A stretch of 64,000 nucleotides of DNA from Bdellovibrionales bacterium (GCA_050250515.1 JBFWON010000002.1:8815-72814); one strand, 5' to 3'; numbered from the stretch's first letter, positions 1 through 9,696 are shown. The notes: generated from the letters alone by a model not told the origin. Numbers and translations are program-made.

Positions 1-462
1 CGGCCGATTCAAGACGGAGGCTTTTAAGTGCGAATTATTGGCCCGGCTGTTGATTGAGACCGTGTAGGTGGTATCCCCACGGGGCAAGTTGAAGCTAAAA
101 GTCCCAGTCGAGGTGGTCTCTGCGCATTGCACGACGGCGCCTGAGGAATCCGTCACACGGACTTCGGCATAGCGAATCGCATGCTCCGTCGCCGGGTGGG
201 TCCCGCCCGTGGAAGAGGATCCCAGACCACCGTTGCCAGAACCTGTGGTGCCCCAGGAGTTGCGTCTTCGGTACTTGGCCGTGCCGGAAACGGCGGCCAC
301 GCTGCCCGAGTAAGTCGTCGAGGTCGAGCAATAGGAAGTTTCGGCCGGGCCGGGGTAGCTCGGGCTGATTCGATCGCTAGATGCACCACTTGAGGATTCC
401 TTGGTCGCGCAACCCACCAGGATGAAAGACGCAAGGATGCTCAAAACATAGACGTGAGTCAT
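1..462 (-). CDS. lipoprotein, N-terminal 154 codons (3' end lies beyond the window start)
   Basis: This frame is absent from the supplied ORF track because it has no stop inside the window. ATG at 462-460, then MTHVYVLSILASFILVGCATKESSSG (lipobox LVGC). I hand-translated it stop-free down to nt 1. It ends ...VRVTDSSGAVVQCAETTSTGTFSFNLPRGDTTYTVSIN, which resembles a carboxypeptidase-regulatory/Ig-like beta-sandwich repeat. Confidence 0.6.
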   Translation of the reverse strand, partial: MTHVYVLSILASFILVGCATKESSSGASSDRISPSYPGPAETSYCSTSTTYSGSVAAVSGTAKYRRRNSWGTTGSGNGGLGSSSTGGTHPATEHAIRYAEVRVTDSSGAVVQCAETTSTGTFSFNLPRGDTTYTVSINSRANNSHLKASVLNRP

Positions 463-577
463 ACTGGTCTATTCGGCAGTTTTCGACGAAAGTTTGAGGA
501 CCAAAGTACGTCCAAAAGTTTGACGGCAACGGTTTCGAGCTGGCCATTTTTCGTGCGGCGGTGCGACTCGTTTCAAA

Positions 578-895
578 ATGAGAACCGTCAATAAATTTAA
601 GGCCTTGAATCCTGACTCGGCTAAAGTCATATTGGGGATTATGGAGAAAGGCTTCAACTCGGATGTGTCAGTTTTGGGTACAGTCTATCATGTGCAGACC
701 GAGGACTGGGGTATAAACAACCCTTATTTAGTCAGTCGGGTTTTTCGAAATGGAGCCGTGGTAAAAAGCATCAAGACCTCCTACACGGAGGTGTTGCCAG
801 AAAGTCCGGCCGTCGGCAGTACCGCCATTCGACTTGCGATGAAGATCCAGCATCAACAAATTCTAGACCTCCTGGTTTCTGGCAAACTCTTGTAA
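578..895 (+). CDS. hypothetical small protein
   Basis: 105-aa ORF directly upstream of ftsE. A possible internal start is MEKGF. No recognisable motif. Confidence 0.35.
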   Translation: MRTVNKFKALNPDSAKVILGIMEKGFNSDVSVLGTVYHVQTEDWGINNPYLVSRVFRNGAVVKSIKTSYTEVLPESPAVGSTAIRLAMKIQHQQILDLLVSGKLL

Positions 896-916
896 GCGTC
901 GTTAAACTAAAGGGGC

Positions 917-1570
917 ATGATTTCATTTTCCCATGCCTACAAAGTTTTCCCCAATGGCTATCAGGGTCTTCGCGACGTGAACTTCGCGATCGAAAAGGGC
1001 GAATTCGTTTTCCTAACAGGCCCATCTGGGGCAGGTAAAACCACCTTGTTCCGCTTGATCTCCGCTTACGATCGGGCGTCCTCGGGCCAGGTGGTTGTTG
1101 CCGGTCAAGATTTGGGTTTTATCGCCCCCGGCCAAGTGCCGTATTTTCGACGGCGCATCGGGGTCATCTATCAGGATTTTCGTCTTCTTGCGGATCGCAC
1201 CGTGCTTGAAAATGTAGCCATGCCTCTCATTGTTCGAGGCGATCGGGGCTTGGCTATTGAGCGCCGCACACGGGAAGTCATCGACCAGGTTGGTCTTTCT
1301 CTTCGACTCAATTCGGTGCCCGAAGAACTCTCGGGTGGTGAGCAACAAAGAGTCGCGGTGGCCAGGGCTTTGGTTCATCACCCGAGTGTCTTGATTGCGG
1401 ACGAGCCGACGGGAAATCTTGATGCCGACATGAGCAGCGAAATCTTTAGTCTGCTCGAGACCGTGAATGCACAAGGGACGACCGTATTCGTTGCCACCCA
1501 CGACACCGACATGATTCGTCGAAAATCCTATCGGGTGATGAAGATTCACGAGGGTCGGGTCGAAGTATGA
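917..1570 (+). CDS. ftsE: cell-division ABC transporter ATP-binding protein FtsE
   Basis: Walker A GPSGAGKTT, ABC signature LSGGEQQRVAVARAL and Walker B VLIADEPTGNLD. ATGA overlap with the downstream permease. Confidence 0.9.
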   Translation: MISFSHAYKVFPNGYQGLRDVNFAIEKGEFVFLTGPSGAGKTTLFRLISAYDRASSGQVVVAGQDLGFIAPGQVPYFRRRIGVIYQDFRLLADRTVLENVAMPLIVRGDRGLAIERRTREVIDQVGLSLRLNSVPEELSGGEQQRVAVARALVHHPSVLIADEPTGNLDADMSSEIFSLLETVNAQGTTVFVATHDTDMIRRKSYRVMKIHEGRVEV

Positions 1571-2487
1571 GCTCAATTTGGATGCAACATTTGACTCGTG
1601 CCTGGAGCCGCCATTGGACCCTCCAGTTGGCTTCGGTGACTGTGATGACGTTAGTTTTGGTCATCCTCAATTTTTTATTCTTTGGTTTCTCGGCGTTCAA
1701 TTCGGCCGTCTCCGAATGGGGTCATGGTCTGGAGATGATCGTTTACCTTAAGGACGAGGCTTCAACTGAAAATGTCGTGAATCTGCAGGGCCGCTTGCAG
1801 AAGAGCTCCGATTTTTCGTCGGTCGAATTTGTTTCAAAACCGACCGCCACGCAGAAGTTTTTGTCGACGCTCGGACCGGCCTCGATGGAATTGCTCAAGG
1901 ATCCTCAATGGAATTCTCCCTTACCTGCTAGTTTCGAGCTGCGCATCGACGAGTCCACGCCACCGGAGGCTCGCCTTAAGAAAATGCAGACTTGGTCGGC
2001 AGAACTGAAAGGCTTGGATTGGGTTGAAGATGTTTTCTACGGGCAGGGATGGGTCGAAAATTTCACTCAGTTTGTGGTCAGCGCCCGGGGAGTTGTGGTC
2101 GGGCTTTGGATCTTAAGTCTATCCGTCGGCCTATTGATCATCAGTAATTGTATTCGTCTTTCGTTCCTCCAAAGGAAAGAAGAAATCGAAGTCTTGGAAC
2201 TCGTTGGAGCAACAACGAGCTTCATTCGGATGCCATTTTTGATTGAAGGCCTGTTCTTAGGCTTCCTTTCGTCGGTCTTTTCGCTCTTACTTTCCTTTGG
2301 CTTCCATTCCCTCTTATTGAATGCTTTTGAGGGTTCGGCAACTTTATGGTTATCGGGTCCGCTCCCGCCCGCCCTTCCGGCCTGGGGCATCGTTCTCAAT
2401 ATTCTAACGGCCATCGTTTTCGGCTTGGTGGGAGCTTGGACCTGTGTGCGCGGCATGAACAACGGTTGGGCCGCGGTGAGCTCATGA
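1567..2487 (+). CDS. ftsX: cell-division ABC transporter permease FtsX
   Basis: 306 aa with an N-terminal TM, a periplasmic loop and three C-terminal TMs. Start overlaps the ftsE stop (ATGA at 1567-1570). Confidence 0.85.
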   Translation: MSSIWMQHLTRAWSRHWTLQLASVTVMTLVLVILNFLFFGFSAFNSAVSEWGHGLEMIVYLKDEASTENVVNLQGRLQKSSDFSSVEFVSKPTATQKFLSTLGPASMELLKDPQWNSPLPASFELRIDESTPPEARLKKMQTWSAELKGLDWVEDVFYGQGWVENFTQFVVSARGVVVGLWILSLSVGLLIISNCIRLSFLQRKEEIEVLELVGATTSFIRMPFLIEGLFLGFLSSVFSLLLSFGFHSLLLNAFEGSATLWLSGPLPPALPAWGIVLNILTAIVFGLVGAWTCVRGMNNGWAAVSS

Positions 2488-3578
2488 TCGCGGTTTTGTT
2501 CGGACTCCTTTCCCACTTGGGCTGGTCACAGGAGTCTTTGGTCGAAACCATTGAAGAAACCCGATCCAGCATTTCCACAACCGAGAAAAAACAGCGCGAA
2601 GCCATGTCACACCTTTTTACGATCAATCAGCGAATCAAGGAAATTTCTAAAAGACGGGCGAGCGTAAACCGAAAAGTCTCGGCCAAGGAAGCCGAGGTCA
2701 AATCTTTAGCGCAGGATCTACATCAGCTCGAAGGCAAAAGCCACGAGCGACGGGAGGCCTTGAGTCATCGAATACGCCAGATTTACCAGGCCGGTCGTAG
2801 ACCGTCGATGCAGTGGCTATTTGAAAGTCAGACCGCGGCCGAGTTGGACCGCCGGACACGTTTCCTTAAAAGAATGGCCGACAGCGATCACCGCTACATT
2901 CAGCAATTTATTGTGCACCTTGAGCAAAAAAAAAGGAAGAAAGCCAATTTGACCGACTCCGTTCGACAGTTGATTGGTTTGCAAAAACAAGTACTCACGC
3001 AAGAGAAGGCTCTGTCGAAGGAACTCGGCGCAAAGGCTAAACTACTCGCCGTGCTTAAAAGAGCCAAGGCAGAGCAAATGTCGCAACTAAAAAACTTAAG
3101 GAACAAAGTTGGGACGGCGGAGGTTGAGTATTCCTTTTTTGAACGCAAAGGATGGCTACGTCCACCCATCGAAGCCGCGACGGCCCGCACTTATGGGCCC
3201 CTGGTCGACCCCAAATTCCGCTTCAAGCTGATGCAAAAAGGCAATTTCTACGCGACTCGCGAGCGTCTCGATGTGCGCGCCGTGTTTGATGGAGAGGTGG
3301 TATTGGCCGCCAATATTCCTGGCTTTGGCCGGACGGTGATACTCGATCATGGCGATAGCTATTATTCGATCTACGCATTTACTGCAAAGATACTTGTACA
3401 AGAGGGTCAAGTGGTCGAGGAAGGGGCAGCCATTGCCCAGTCGGGCGAATCTTCACCGCTCTTTGGACCAGGCATTTACTTTGAAATACGACACTTCACA
3501 GATGCCATTGACCCCCGTCCGTGGATCAAGGAATCTGTAATTAAGACGGCGCAATCGACCCGCGAGGAGGCAAGATGA
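2484..3578 (+). CDS. EnvC-like coiled-coil M23 (LytM-domain) peptidase
   Basis: I chose the ATG at 2484 (MIAVLFGLL signal) because it forms an ATGA overlap with the ftsX stop. Long coiled-coil N-terminal half. The C-terminus has the M23 motifs VILDHGDSYYSIY and IYFEIRH. Confidence 0.8.
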   Translation: MIAVLFGLLSHLGWSQESLVETIEETRSSISTTEKKQREAMSHLFTINQRIKEISKRRASVNRKVSAKEAEVKSLAQDLHQLEGKSHERREALSHRIRQIYQAGRRPSMQWLFESQTAAELDRRTRFLKRMADSDHRYIQQFIVHLEQKKRKKANLTDSVRQLIGLQKQVLTQEKALSKELGAKAKLLAVLKRAKAEQMSQLKNLRNKVGTAEVEYSFFERKGWLRPPIEAATARTYGPLVDPKFRFKLMQKGNFYATRERLDVRAVFDGEVVLAANIPGFGRTVILDHGDSYYSIYAFTAKILVQEGQVVEEGAAIAQSGESSPLFGPGIYFEIRHFTDAIDPRPWIKESVIKTAQSTREEAR

Positions 3579-4975
3579 GTCCGCTTTTCAAACGTTGGAC
3601 CTTGGTCGTAATACCGGCGATCTGCGTGACCGTCGGATATGTGACCTCGCCGAGTCTTCGGGCAGAAGCTGAAGAGCGCTATCAAGATCTTCAACTTTTC
3701 GCGCGGGTATTAAATCTTGTGCAACAGTACTACGTCGAAGAGGTGGATACAAAAAAGCTGATCTACGGCGGGATCAAGGGCATGCTTCGAGAACTGGATC
3801 CCCATACGAATTTCTTACCACCGGAGATCTACAGAGAATTTGAATCCGAGACGAGTGGAGAATTTGGCGGTATTGGAATTGAGATCACCGTTCAAAATGG
3901 AATTTTGACCGTCATTTCGCCAATCGAAGACACACCCGCATGGAAAGCCGGAATTCAGGCGGGGGATAAGATTGTGGAAATCGATGGTGAGTCGACCAAG
4001 GGCTTCAGCCTGGTCGAGGCGGCTCAAAAAATGAAGGGTAAAAAGGGAGCCAAGATCAAACTTGGAATTTTCCGTGATGGATTTGAACAACCCAAAGTGT
4101 TCACCATCGAACGTGGCACGGTCAAAATTCACTCGGTCAAGTACACCGACCTGCAAGACGGATATGCCTACGTTCGGGTGACGAGTTTTATTGAAAATTC
4201 GAGCAATGATCTGGCGAAGACTTTGAAGACGCATGAGAAGAAGTATAAGGGGATCAAGGGACTCATTTTGGATCTGCGCCGAAATCCCGGTGGTCTACTG
4301 GATCAGGCGATTCAGATCAGCAATCTCTTTTTGAATGAAGGTGTGATTGTCAGCACCATCGGTCGTAATCAAAAAGAAAAGGAAGTTGTTTACGCTAAAA
4401 AAACGGGAACTTTGGATAAGTTTCCAACCATTGTTTTGGTTGATGAGTATTCGGCCAGTGCTTCTGAAATTTTAGCAGGGGCATTGCAAGACAATAAGCG
4501 GGCCCTGGTTATGGGACATCGATCGTTTGGCAAAGGCTCCGTTCAATCTGTTGTTAAGCTCGGTGATGGCTCGGGTCTGAAGTTGACCGTGGGCCGATAC
4601 TACACTCCCAGCGGCAAGAGCATTCAAGCCTATGGCATTGTGCCCGACATTGAGCTTGAGGACTTTTCGCCGGAGGTTCTTGAACAGGCGCGCGTTAAGC
4701 GCGATGTCCGGCGTGAAGGCGATATGAGGGGTCATTTGCAAGGCGATGCGGAGGACGACAACCAGGGTCCGGCGGCGGCCTCTAAGGGCAAAGCCGATGC
4801 GGCGGCAAAGGCTGCGGCAAAGAAAAAGCTGACGGCAAAAAAAGTAGAGTACTGGTGGACTGAGCCCGACGCGAAACCGGATCACCCGCTGTCGGCCAAA
4901 GACAAATTACTCAAAGATGATTTTCAGGTGCAGCAGGCTTACAATTACCTGCGCGCCCTCGTGATGGCCAAGTAA
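3575..4975 (+). CDS. ctpA: carboxy-terminal processing (S41) protease with PDZ domain
   Basis: Motifs GEFGGIGIE, PDZ-like AGIQAGDKIVEIDG, LVDEYSASASEILAGAL and GHRSFGKGSVQ. ATGA overlap with the upstream gene. Lys/Ala-rich insert near the C-terminus. Confidence 0.9.
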   Translation: MSPLFKRWTLVVIPAICVTVGYVTSPSLRAEAEERYQDLQLFARVLNLVQQYYVEEVDTKKLIYGGIKGMLRELDPHTNFLPPEIYREFESETSGEFGGIGIEITVQNGILTVISPIEDTPAWKAGIQAGDKIVEIDGESTKGFSLVEAAQKMKGKKGAKIKLGIFRDGFEQPKVFTIERGTVKIHSVKYTDLQDGYAYVRVTSFIENSSNDLAKTLKTHEKKYKGIKGLILDLRRNPGGLLDQAIQISNLFLNEGVIVSTIGRNQKEKEVVYAKKTGTLDKFPTIVLVDEYSASASEILAGALQDNKRALVMGHRSFGKGSVQSVVKLGDGSGLKLTVGRYYTPSGKSIQAYGIVPDIELEDFSPEVLEQARVKRDVRREGDMRGHLQGDAEDDNQGPAAASKGKADAAAKAAAKKKLTAKKVEYWWTEPDAKPDHPLSAKDKLLKDDFQVQQAYNYLRALVMAK

Positions 4976-4976
4976 T

Positions 4977-5729
4977 TCATTTTCGCGAGTTGGCCGCTTT
5001 CACTCGCTTGGCCAAGGTTAACATTAAAGCTTTGGACCAAGCGGGGCGTTTAAACAAAAGCGAATCAAATAGCCCTATCGGAACTTCGATCAACTCGCAG
5101 TCGCTCAAAGCGCGAACATGGGCGCTTCTTCGTTCGCCATTAATGTAGGCCATTTCTCCGACGAACTCGCCCACCTCAACCGGACCCAGAATCGTCTCTT
5201 GCCCCGATTGCTTTTTGAACGCTTCAAGCTGACCCTTCTTAACAAAATAAACATTTTCGGCCTTATCCCCCTCGGACATCAAAATCTCACCGGGCGCCAT
5301 AAAGCGAAGGTAAAAATCAGCGGGCTCCTGGTGTGAGGAGTAGTTCAAAGCCCTCACCAAGACATGATTGAATTCCTGCTCGTCTTCCTCCGCTTCGAAA
5401 TATTGAATTTTTCCGGTGACGACCTCATCTAAGAATTGTTCTTCTTCGGGTATGGTGCCGACCACGATCACGGCGGTGCCTTCGGCACCTCGTAAATCCA
5501 AAGTATTTTTCACCAGACGAAATGGTGGTGTGCGGGGCAGTTCGATATCAGTCACGAGAACATGCGGCGGCGCATTTTGTAATTTGCTGGCTGCATCCAA
5601 TCCATCGTTTGAGGTGAAAATAGTAGGTTTCGAAATATGCCGACTGATCATTTTGCTGATCCAGTCCACGCGCTGGGGCGAAGCCGAAGCGATTAAGAAA
5701 ATCCTTTTGTTCTCCGCGGCGGCTTTCAT
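4977..5729 (-). CDS. receiver-like domain fused to a cyclic-nucleotide-binding domain
   Basis: The N-terminus is CheY-like (LVTDIELP) but has IASAS where the acidic pair normally sits. The C-terminus is cNMP-binding: GEFVGEMAYINGERRSAHVRA. Start taken at the internal ATG at 5729. Confidence 0.7.
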   Translation of the reverse strand: MKAAAENKRIFLIASASPQRVDWISKMISRHISKPTIFTSNDGLDAASKLQNAPPHVLVTDIELPRTPPFRLVKNTLDLRGAEGTAVIVVGTIPEEEQFLDEVVTGKIQYFEAEEDEQEFNHVLVRALNYSSHQEPADFYLRFMAPGEILMSEGDKAENVYFVKKGQLEAFKKQSGQETILGPVEVGEFVGEMAYINGERRSAHVRALSDCELIEVPIGLFDSLLFKRPAWSKALMLTLAKRVKAANSRK

Positions 5730-5798
5730 ATAATCTAGAATCAAGCAAAAAAACTGACAGGTCACTCTTAAAGTTTACGAATACTCGGGTTGCTCACT

Positions 5799-6545
5799 CT
5801 AAAAGTTCCAAAGTCCACCGATCGTCGCGTAGTGAAGCCAGGCGAAGCTGTAGACTTTTTTATTGTCAGCCCCGCCCTCAACCATTCGGTAACCGGCGAA
5901 GACTTCGCCATTTTCGAGAATTCGGGTTTGAATGAACAAGCCCAAATCAATCGCGCGGCCTTGGGTGGAGGCCAAGCCATCTAAGTCACCCCGTAACTTC
6001 CATAAGTCACTCAGTCGGTATTCGGACTCAAGATGTAATAACGGCACAAATCCAACATCGGTTTTCTTCGCCGACACCGAACCTTGTGTCAGCTTCACTT
6101 CCGCGTCTCGAACTTTTCCAGTGAACCCGAGTGCCCAGGTCCAGTCCCCCCGTTTAGCAAAGTGATAAGCATAAGTCAGTCGATAGGAATTGAACTTATA
6201 AAACGCTTTGACCTGTTCGTTGGCTGAAAACGTTTGTCCTTGGAAACGCACGGAGTTTGGCAATTGGCCCTCGACATCCAACGACAACGGCGCATATAGC
6301 CCGCGAATTTCATGGTGCTCCCCCCACCTGACACCCGCATAGAGGCGATAAGCCAGAAAAGGACCCTGGTTCAGTTTCGAAATTGAAAATTTGTCACCGC
6401 CGTCTGTCGGAATCTTCTGCTCGTTTCGCGTTTGCCAGGCGGGTCCACCTTCGAGAGAAATGTAAGTTTCCGCCCGAGACGATAAACTGCTTGAGCACAT
6501 CAGGATAACGATTAGCAACTTCCAGGATTGGTAAGGCCGGCTCAT
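5799..6545 (-). CDS. outer-membrane beta-barrel protein
   Basis: Signal peptide (LLIVILMCSSSLSSRAET), alternating aromatic beta-strand pattern and a C-terminal ...GGLWNF. ATGA overlap with the channel gene upstream. Confidence 0.5.
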   Translation of the reverse strand: MSRPYQSWKLLIVILMCSSSLSSRAETYISLEGGPAWQTRNEQKIPTDGGDKFSISKLNQGPFLAYRLYAGVRWGEHHEIRGLYAPLSLDVEGQLPNSVRFQGQTFSANEQVKAFYKFNSYRLTYAYHFAKRGDWTWALGFTGKVRDAEVKLTQGSVSAKKTDVGFVPLLHLESEYRLSDLWKLRGDLDGLASTQGRAIDLGLFIQTRILENGEVFAGYRMVEGGADNKKVYSFAWLHYATIGGLWNF

Positions 6546-7375
6546 TGTGATTTTTCCGCCAGGTTAGTCTCTAGAGTTTGTAGGTCTTCGCGTATTCGGG
6601 TGATTACGTCTCTTAATTCCTCATTCGGGGGCTGTTTCTTTTCTGGAATTGAGAGCTCCTGCATGGTTGAGACGATAATTCCAATGAAGAGGTTCAAAAT
6701 GGTGAAGGTGGCAATAATGATAAAGGGAACAAAGAACATCCATGCAAACGGGAACTTTTCCATCACGGGGCGCACGATTCCCATCGACCAACTCTCCAAT
6801 GTCATGATCTGAAACAACGTGTAGAGACTTTTGCCGATGGAACCAAACCAATCGGGGAACTCTTGGCCGAACAGCTTTGTACCAAGAACGGCCGCTGTGT
6901 AGAAAAAGATCGCCATGATGGCGGCCACGCCAGACAGTCCGGGGATGGAATGCAAAAAGGCCTGCACCACTTTCCTAAGGGCGGGCAATACGGTCATCAA
7001 GCGAAGGACTCGAAGCACTCGAAGTGTCCGCAACACGGCCCAAGGGCCAGACCCCGGAATCAAGGCCACAAGGATGACCGAAAGATCAAAGACGTTCCAA
7101 GGGCTTTTAAAGAATCCGAGCCGATGGGCAAAGCCCTTAGCCAGCAGCTCCAACACGAAGATAGAAAGACAGATGCGATCCAAGGCGATAAGTATGGACC
7201 CCCATTCGGACATGATGCTAGCGGAGGTCTCAAGGCCCAGGACGGCCGAATTGAACAAAATGGTTAGGACAACAAAAGTTTGAATCCGTTGAGAATCAAC
7301 CCAAGCACCAACGGTGTGTCTCAGATCCTGCATACTGCGCGATTGAGTCGAATTCAGCGATCCGGCCTGTTCCAT
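6542..7375 (-). CDS. bacterial voltage-gated sodium channel (BacNaV/NaChBac family)
   Basis: S4 arginine ladder LRTLRVLRVLRLM and pore/selectivity filter LFQIMTLESWSMGIV. Six-TM architecture, 277 aa. Confidence 0.85.
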   Translation of the reverse strand: MEQAGSLNSTQSRSMQDLRHTVGAWVDSQRIQTFVVLTILFNSAVLGLETSASIMSEWGSILIALDRICLSIFVLELLAKGFAHRLGFFKSPWNVFDLSVILVALIPGSGPWAVLRTLRVLRVLRLMTVLPALRKVVQAFLHSIPGLSGVAAIMAIFFYTAAVLGTKLFGQEFPDWFGSIGKSLYTLFQIMTLESWSMGIVRPVMEKFPFAWMFFVPFIIIATFTILNLFIGIIVSTMQELSIPEKKQPPNEELRDVITRIREDLQTLETNLAEKSQ

Positions 7376-7381
7376 TGATAA

Positions 7382-7406
7382 ATACCCCTTAGATATTAAG
7401 GGGTAT
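7382..7406 (-). terminator. hairpin downstream of tig
   Basis: Perfect 10-bp stem ATACCCCTTA/TAAGGGGTAT with a 5-nt loop. It lies between the tig stop and the channel gene start. Confidence 0.45.
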
Positions 7407-7473
7407 CATCTTAGATAACCTCAATTTGTACAAATTGAATTAAATGAGTCTTACCATCGCATTTTACGAAGGA

Positions 7474-8757
7474 TTACTCTTCTTTAATATCGGCCTTTTC
7501 CAAGAGATAATTCACCACTTTTTCTTCGGTGACTTGGAAGCTTAGGCGCGAACGGCGCTCGGGGCGGCCATAGAACTCTTGCAAGCGCGCCAACTCGATG
7601 CCGGATTGCTTGGCGTATTCTTCGAGCTTCTCGTCGATTTCTGACGGTTTGGCTCGCAAATTTAATTTCTCAGCCAAAGTGTCGAGCAGAAATGTGGATT
7701 TCACCATGAAGGTGGCCGAATCGGCGAAGTCCTGTGACCATTTTTGACGATACTCTTCGAACTGGCTTTCATTCATGCCCTGTTGCTGCATGCGACCTTT
7801 AAAGTCTTCTTCCAGTGCGGACTTTTGCTGATCCACCAACGATTGAGGTGCTTCGACTGGATTCGCTTCCACCAGAGCGCGCATGACGCGATTGCGCAGC
7901 TCCTCTTTGATTCTCTGTTCTTCAGAAGCCTCGATGTCTTTTCGAATTTGATCTTTCAGGTCTTGTAGACTTTTAAATTCGCCGGCCTTCTTAGCCAATT
8001 CATCGTTCAGCTCGGGCAGAGCCTTTTTCTTAATACCCGTTAGTTTCACTTCGAAGCGCACCGGGGCCCCACTCAAAGAAGCTTCGTGATATCCGTCGGG
8101 GAAGCGCAAATTCAACGTTCGCGATTCGCTGATCTTCATACCGATCAAACCGTCCTCAAAGCCTTCAATGAACTGAGAACTTCCGATTTCAAGATGGTGG
8201 TCCGTCGCGCTGCCGTTGGGTAGGGGCTGTCCATCGACAAAGCCTTCAAAATTCACTACGGCCACATCACCGGTCGTGACGGAGCGATCTTCAAATACCG
8301 TGACAAAGTCGGCCTGATTTTGCCGAATGTTTTCTAATACGGTGTCGATACGCTCGTCCGGGATGACCAGTTTTTCTTTGGTAATTGACAGGCCTTCGTA
8401 CTTTTTCAATTGGATTTCCGGGCGGACCTCAATCTCAGCAGTAAAGGAGAATTCCTTGCCTTCTTCGATGGGAGAAAAAGAAATCTTGGGGTATCCCACG
8501 GGATCGAGCTGGTGCTCTTCCAGCGCAAGAGGATAAGCCTCATTGACCAGTTCATTGACGACATCACTCTTCACTTGCTCGCCGTAGGCGGAACGAAGGG
8601 CGGTGATGGGAGCCTTACCTTGTCTAAATCCCTTTATGTTGGCCTTTTTTTGGATAGCCTTATAGACTCTATCAAACGCTTGTTGGACTTTTTCAGTGGG
8701 TAGATCAACATTGAGTTTGCGGGACAAACCCTCCATCTTACTGACGGTCGACTTCAT
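7474..8757 (-). CDS. tig: trigger factor
   Basis: N-terminal ribosome-binding motif GFRQGKAP. PPIase-like middle region. 427 aa. Confidence 0.9.
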   Translation of the reverse strand: MKSTVSKMEGLSRKLNVDLPTEKVQQAFDRVYKAIQKKANIKGFRQGKAPITALRSAYGEQVKSDVVNELVNEAYPLALEEHQLDPVGYPKISFSPIEEGKEFSFTAEIEVRPEIQLKKYEGLSITKEKLVIPDERIDTVLENIRQNQADFVTVFEDRSVTTGDVAVVNFEGFVDGQPLPNGSATDHHLEIGSSQFIEGFEDGLIGMKISESRTLNLRFPDGYHEASLSGAPVRFEVKLTGIKKKALPELNDELAKKAGEFKSLQDLKDQIRKDIEASEEQRIKEELRNRVMRALVEANPVEAPQSLVDQQKSALEEDFKGRMQQQGMNESQFEEYRQKWSQDFADSATFMVKSTFLLDTLAEKLNLRAKPSEIDEKLEEYAKQSGIELARLQEFYGRPERRSRLSFQVTEEKVVNYLLEKADIKEE

Positions 8758-8829
8758 GACTGGTTCTCCTTGGTGGTCTGGGGTTTACCGTCTATGCCGC
8801 AGTTTGCCAACCCCCTTTAGTCGAGTTTT

Positions 8830-9696
8830 GTGCGCCGCACTGGTGGTGTCGTGATTCATTTCGTAACCGGTAAAGGCGGCGTTGGTAAATCCACAGTGGC
8901 AGCCAGTTTGGCCTGGCATCTCTCCAGCTTGGGTCGAAAAACCCTCTTGGTGGAGCTCGGTGAACGAAGTCATTACCGTCACGTCTTTCACTTTGATGTA
9001 GGTCACGAGCCCACGGCGATAAATTCTTCACTGTCGGTTGTGCGCTGGGAGGGCGAGGCGTGTTTGCGCGAGTACCTCCAGCATTTCATTAAAGTCGAGC
9101 AGGTCGTGCGGCTGTTTTTTGACAACCGAATCATGCGCGCACTGGTGCAGGCCGCCCCGGCGCTACGTGAGCTCGCACTGCTCGGCAAGATCACCAGTGG
9201 CTACCGAAATGTCGGTCCCTCGCTTCCATTCGACGATATTGTGGTCGACGCCTATTCGACCGGCCATTTTCGGGCGCTGTGGCGCGCCCCAATCGGGATG
9301 GCCGAAGCGATCAGCTTTGGGCCCATGGGCCATCATTCACGTGGAATCGTTGAGGTCATGCGAGACCGCAAACAGTCGACCTACCATGTGGTGGTGTTGC
9401 CTGAAGAAATGCCAGTCACGGAGGGGCTCGAACTCGCCCGGCAAATTCAGCAGGAGCTCGAACAAGAACCGAAGATGGTTTTGAACCGATGGTTTCGTTC
9501 GCCCTTATCTAAGGAACAATTAATCCCCTATGCCTCCCATGAATTCGGTGCCTATCTACTTCGCATATTGAATCGGCAAGAGCGGGCCGATCAAGACCTG
9601 ACGACACGGGGACCAGACCCGCAAAAGCTTTCATGGGTTTTCAAAGAGGGTTTGGCCGACAAGATTCGCGTGCTCGCGGCGGAGTGGCCCAAATGA
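8830..9696 (+). CDS. ArsA/GET3-family P-loop ATPase-like protein
   Basis: Deviant Walker A TGKGGVGKST. 288 aa. ATGA overlap with the next ArsA-like gene. Confidence 0.7.
   Translation: MRRTGGVVIHFVTGKGGVGKSTVAASLAWHLSSLGRKTLLVELGERSHYRHVFHFDVGHEPTAINSSLSVVRWEGEACLREYLQHFIKVEQVVRLFFDNRIMRALVQAAPALRELALLGKITSGYRNVGPSLPFDDIVVDAYSTGHFRALWRAPIGMAEAISFGPMGHHSRGIVEVMRDRKQSTYHVVVLPEEMPVTEGLELARQIQQELEQEPKMVLNRWFRSPLSKEQLIPYASHEFGAYLLRILNRQERADQDLTTRGPDPQKLSWVFKEGLADKIRVLAAEWPK

Noticed and set aside
95-434. Track ORFs 95..331(-), 153..434(-) and 181..393(+)
   Set aside because: All three overlap the stop-free lipoprotein frame 1..462(-). They have Arg/Pro-rich compositions typical of off-frame translation of GC-rich coding DNA.
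1013-1576. 187-aa ORF antisense to ftsE
   Set aside because: It lies entirely inside the confidently identified ftsE gene and has no motif. It is an antisense shadow ORF.
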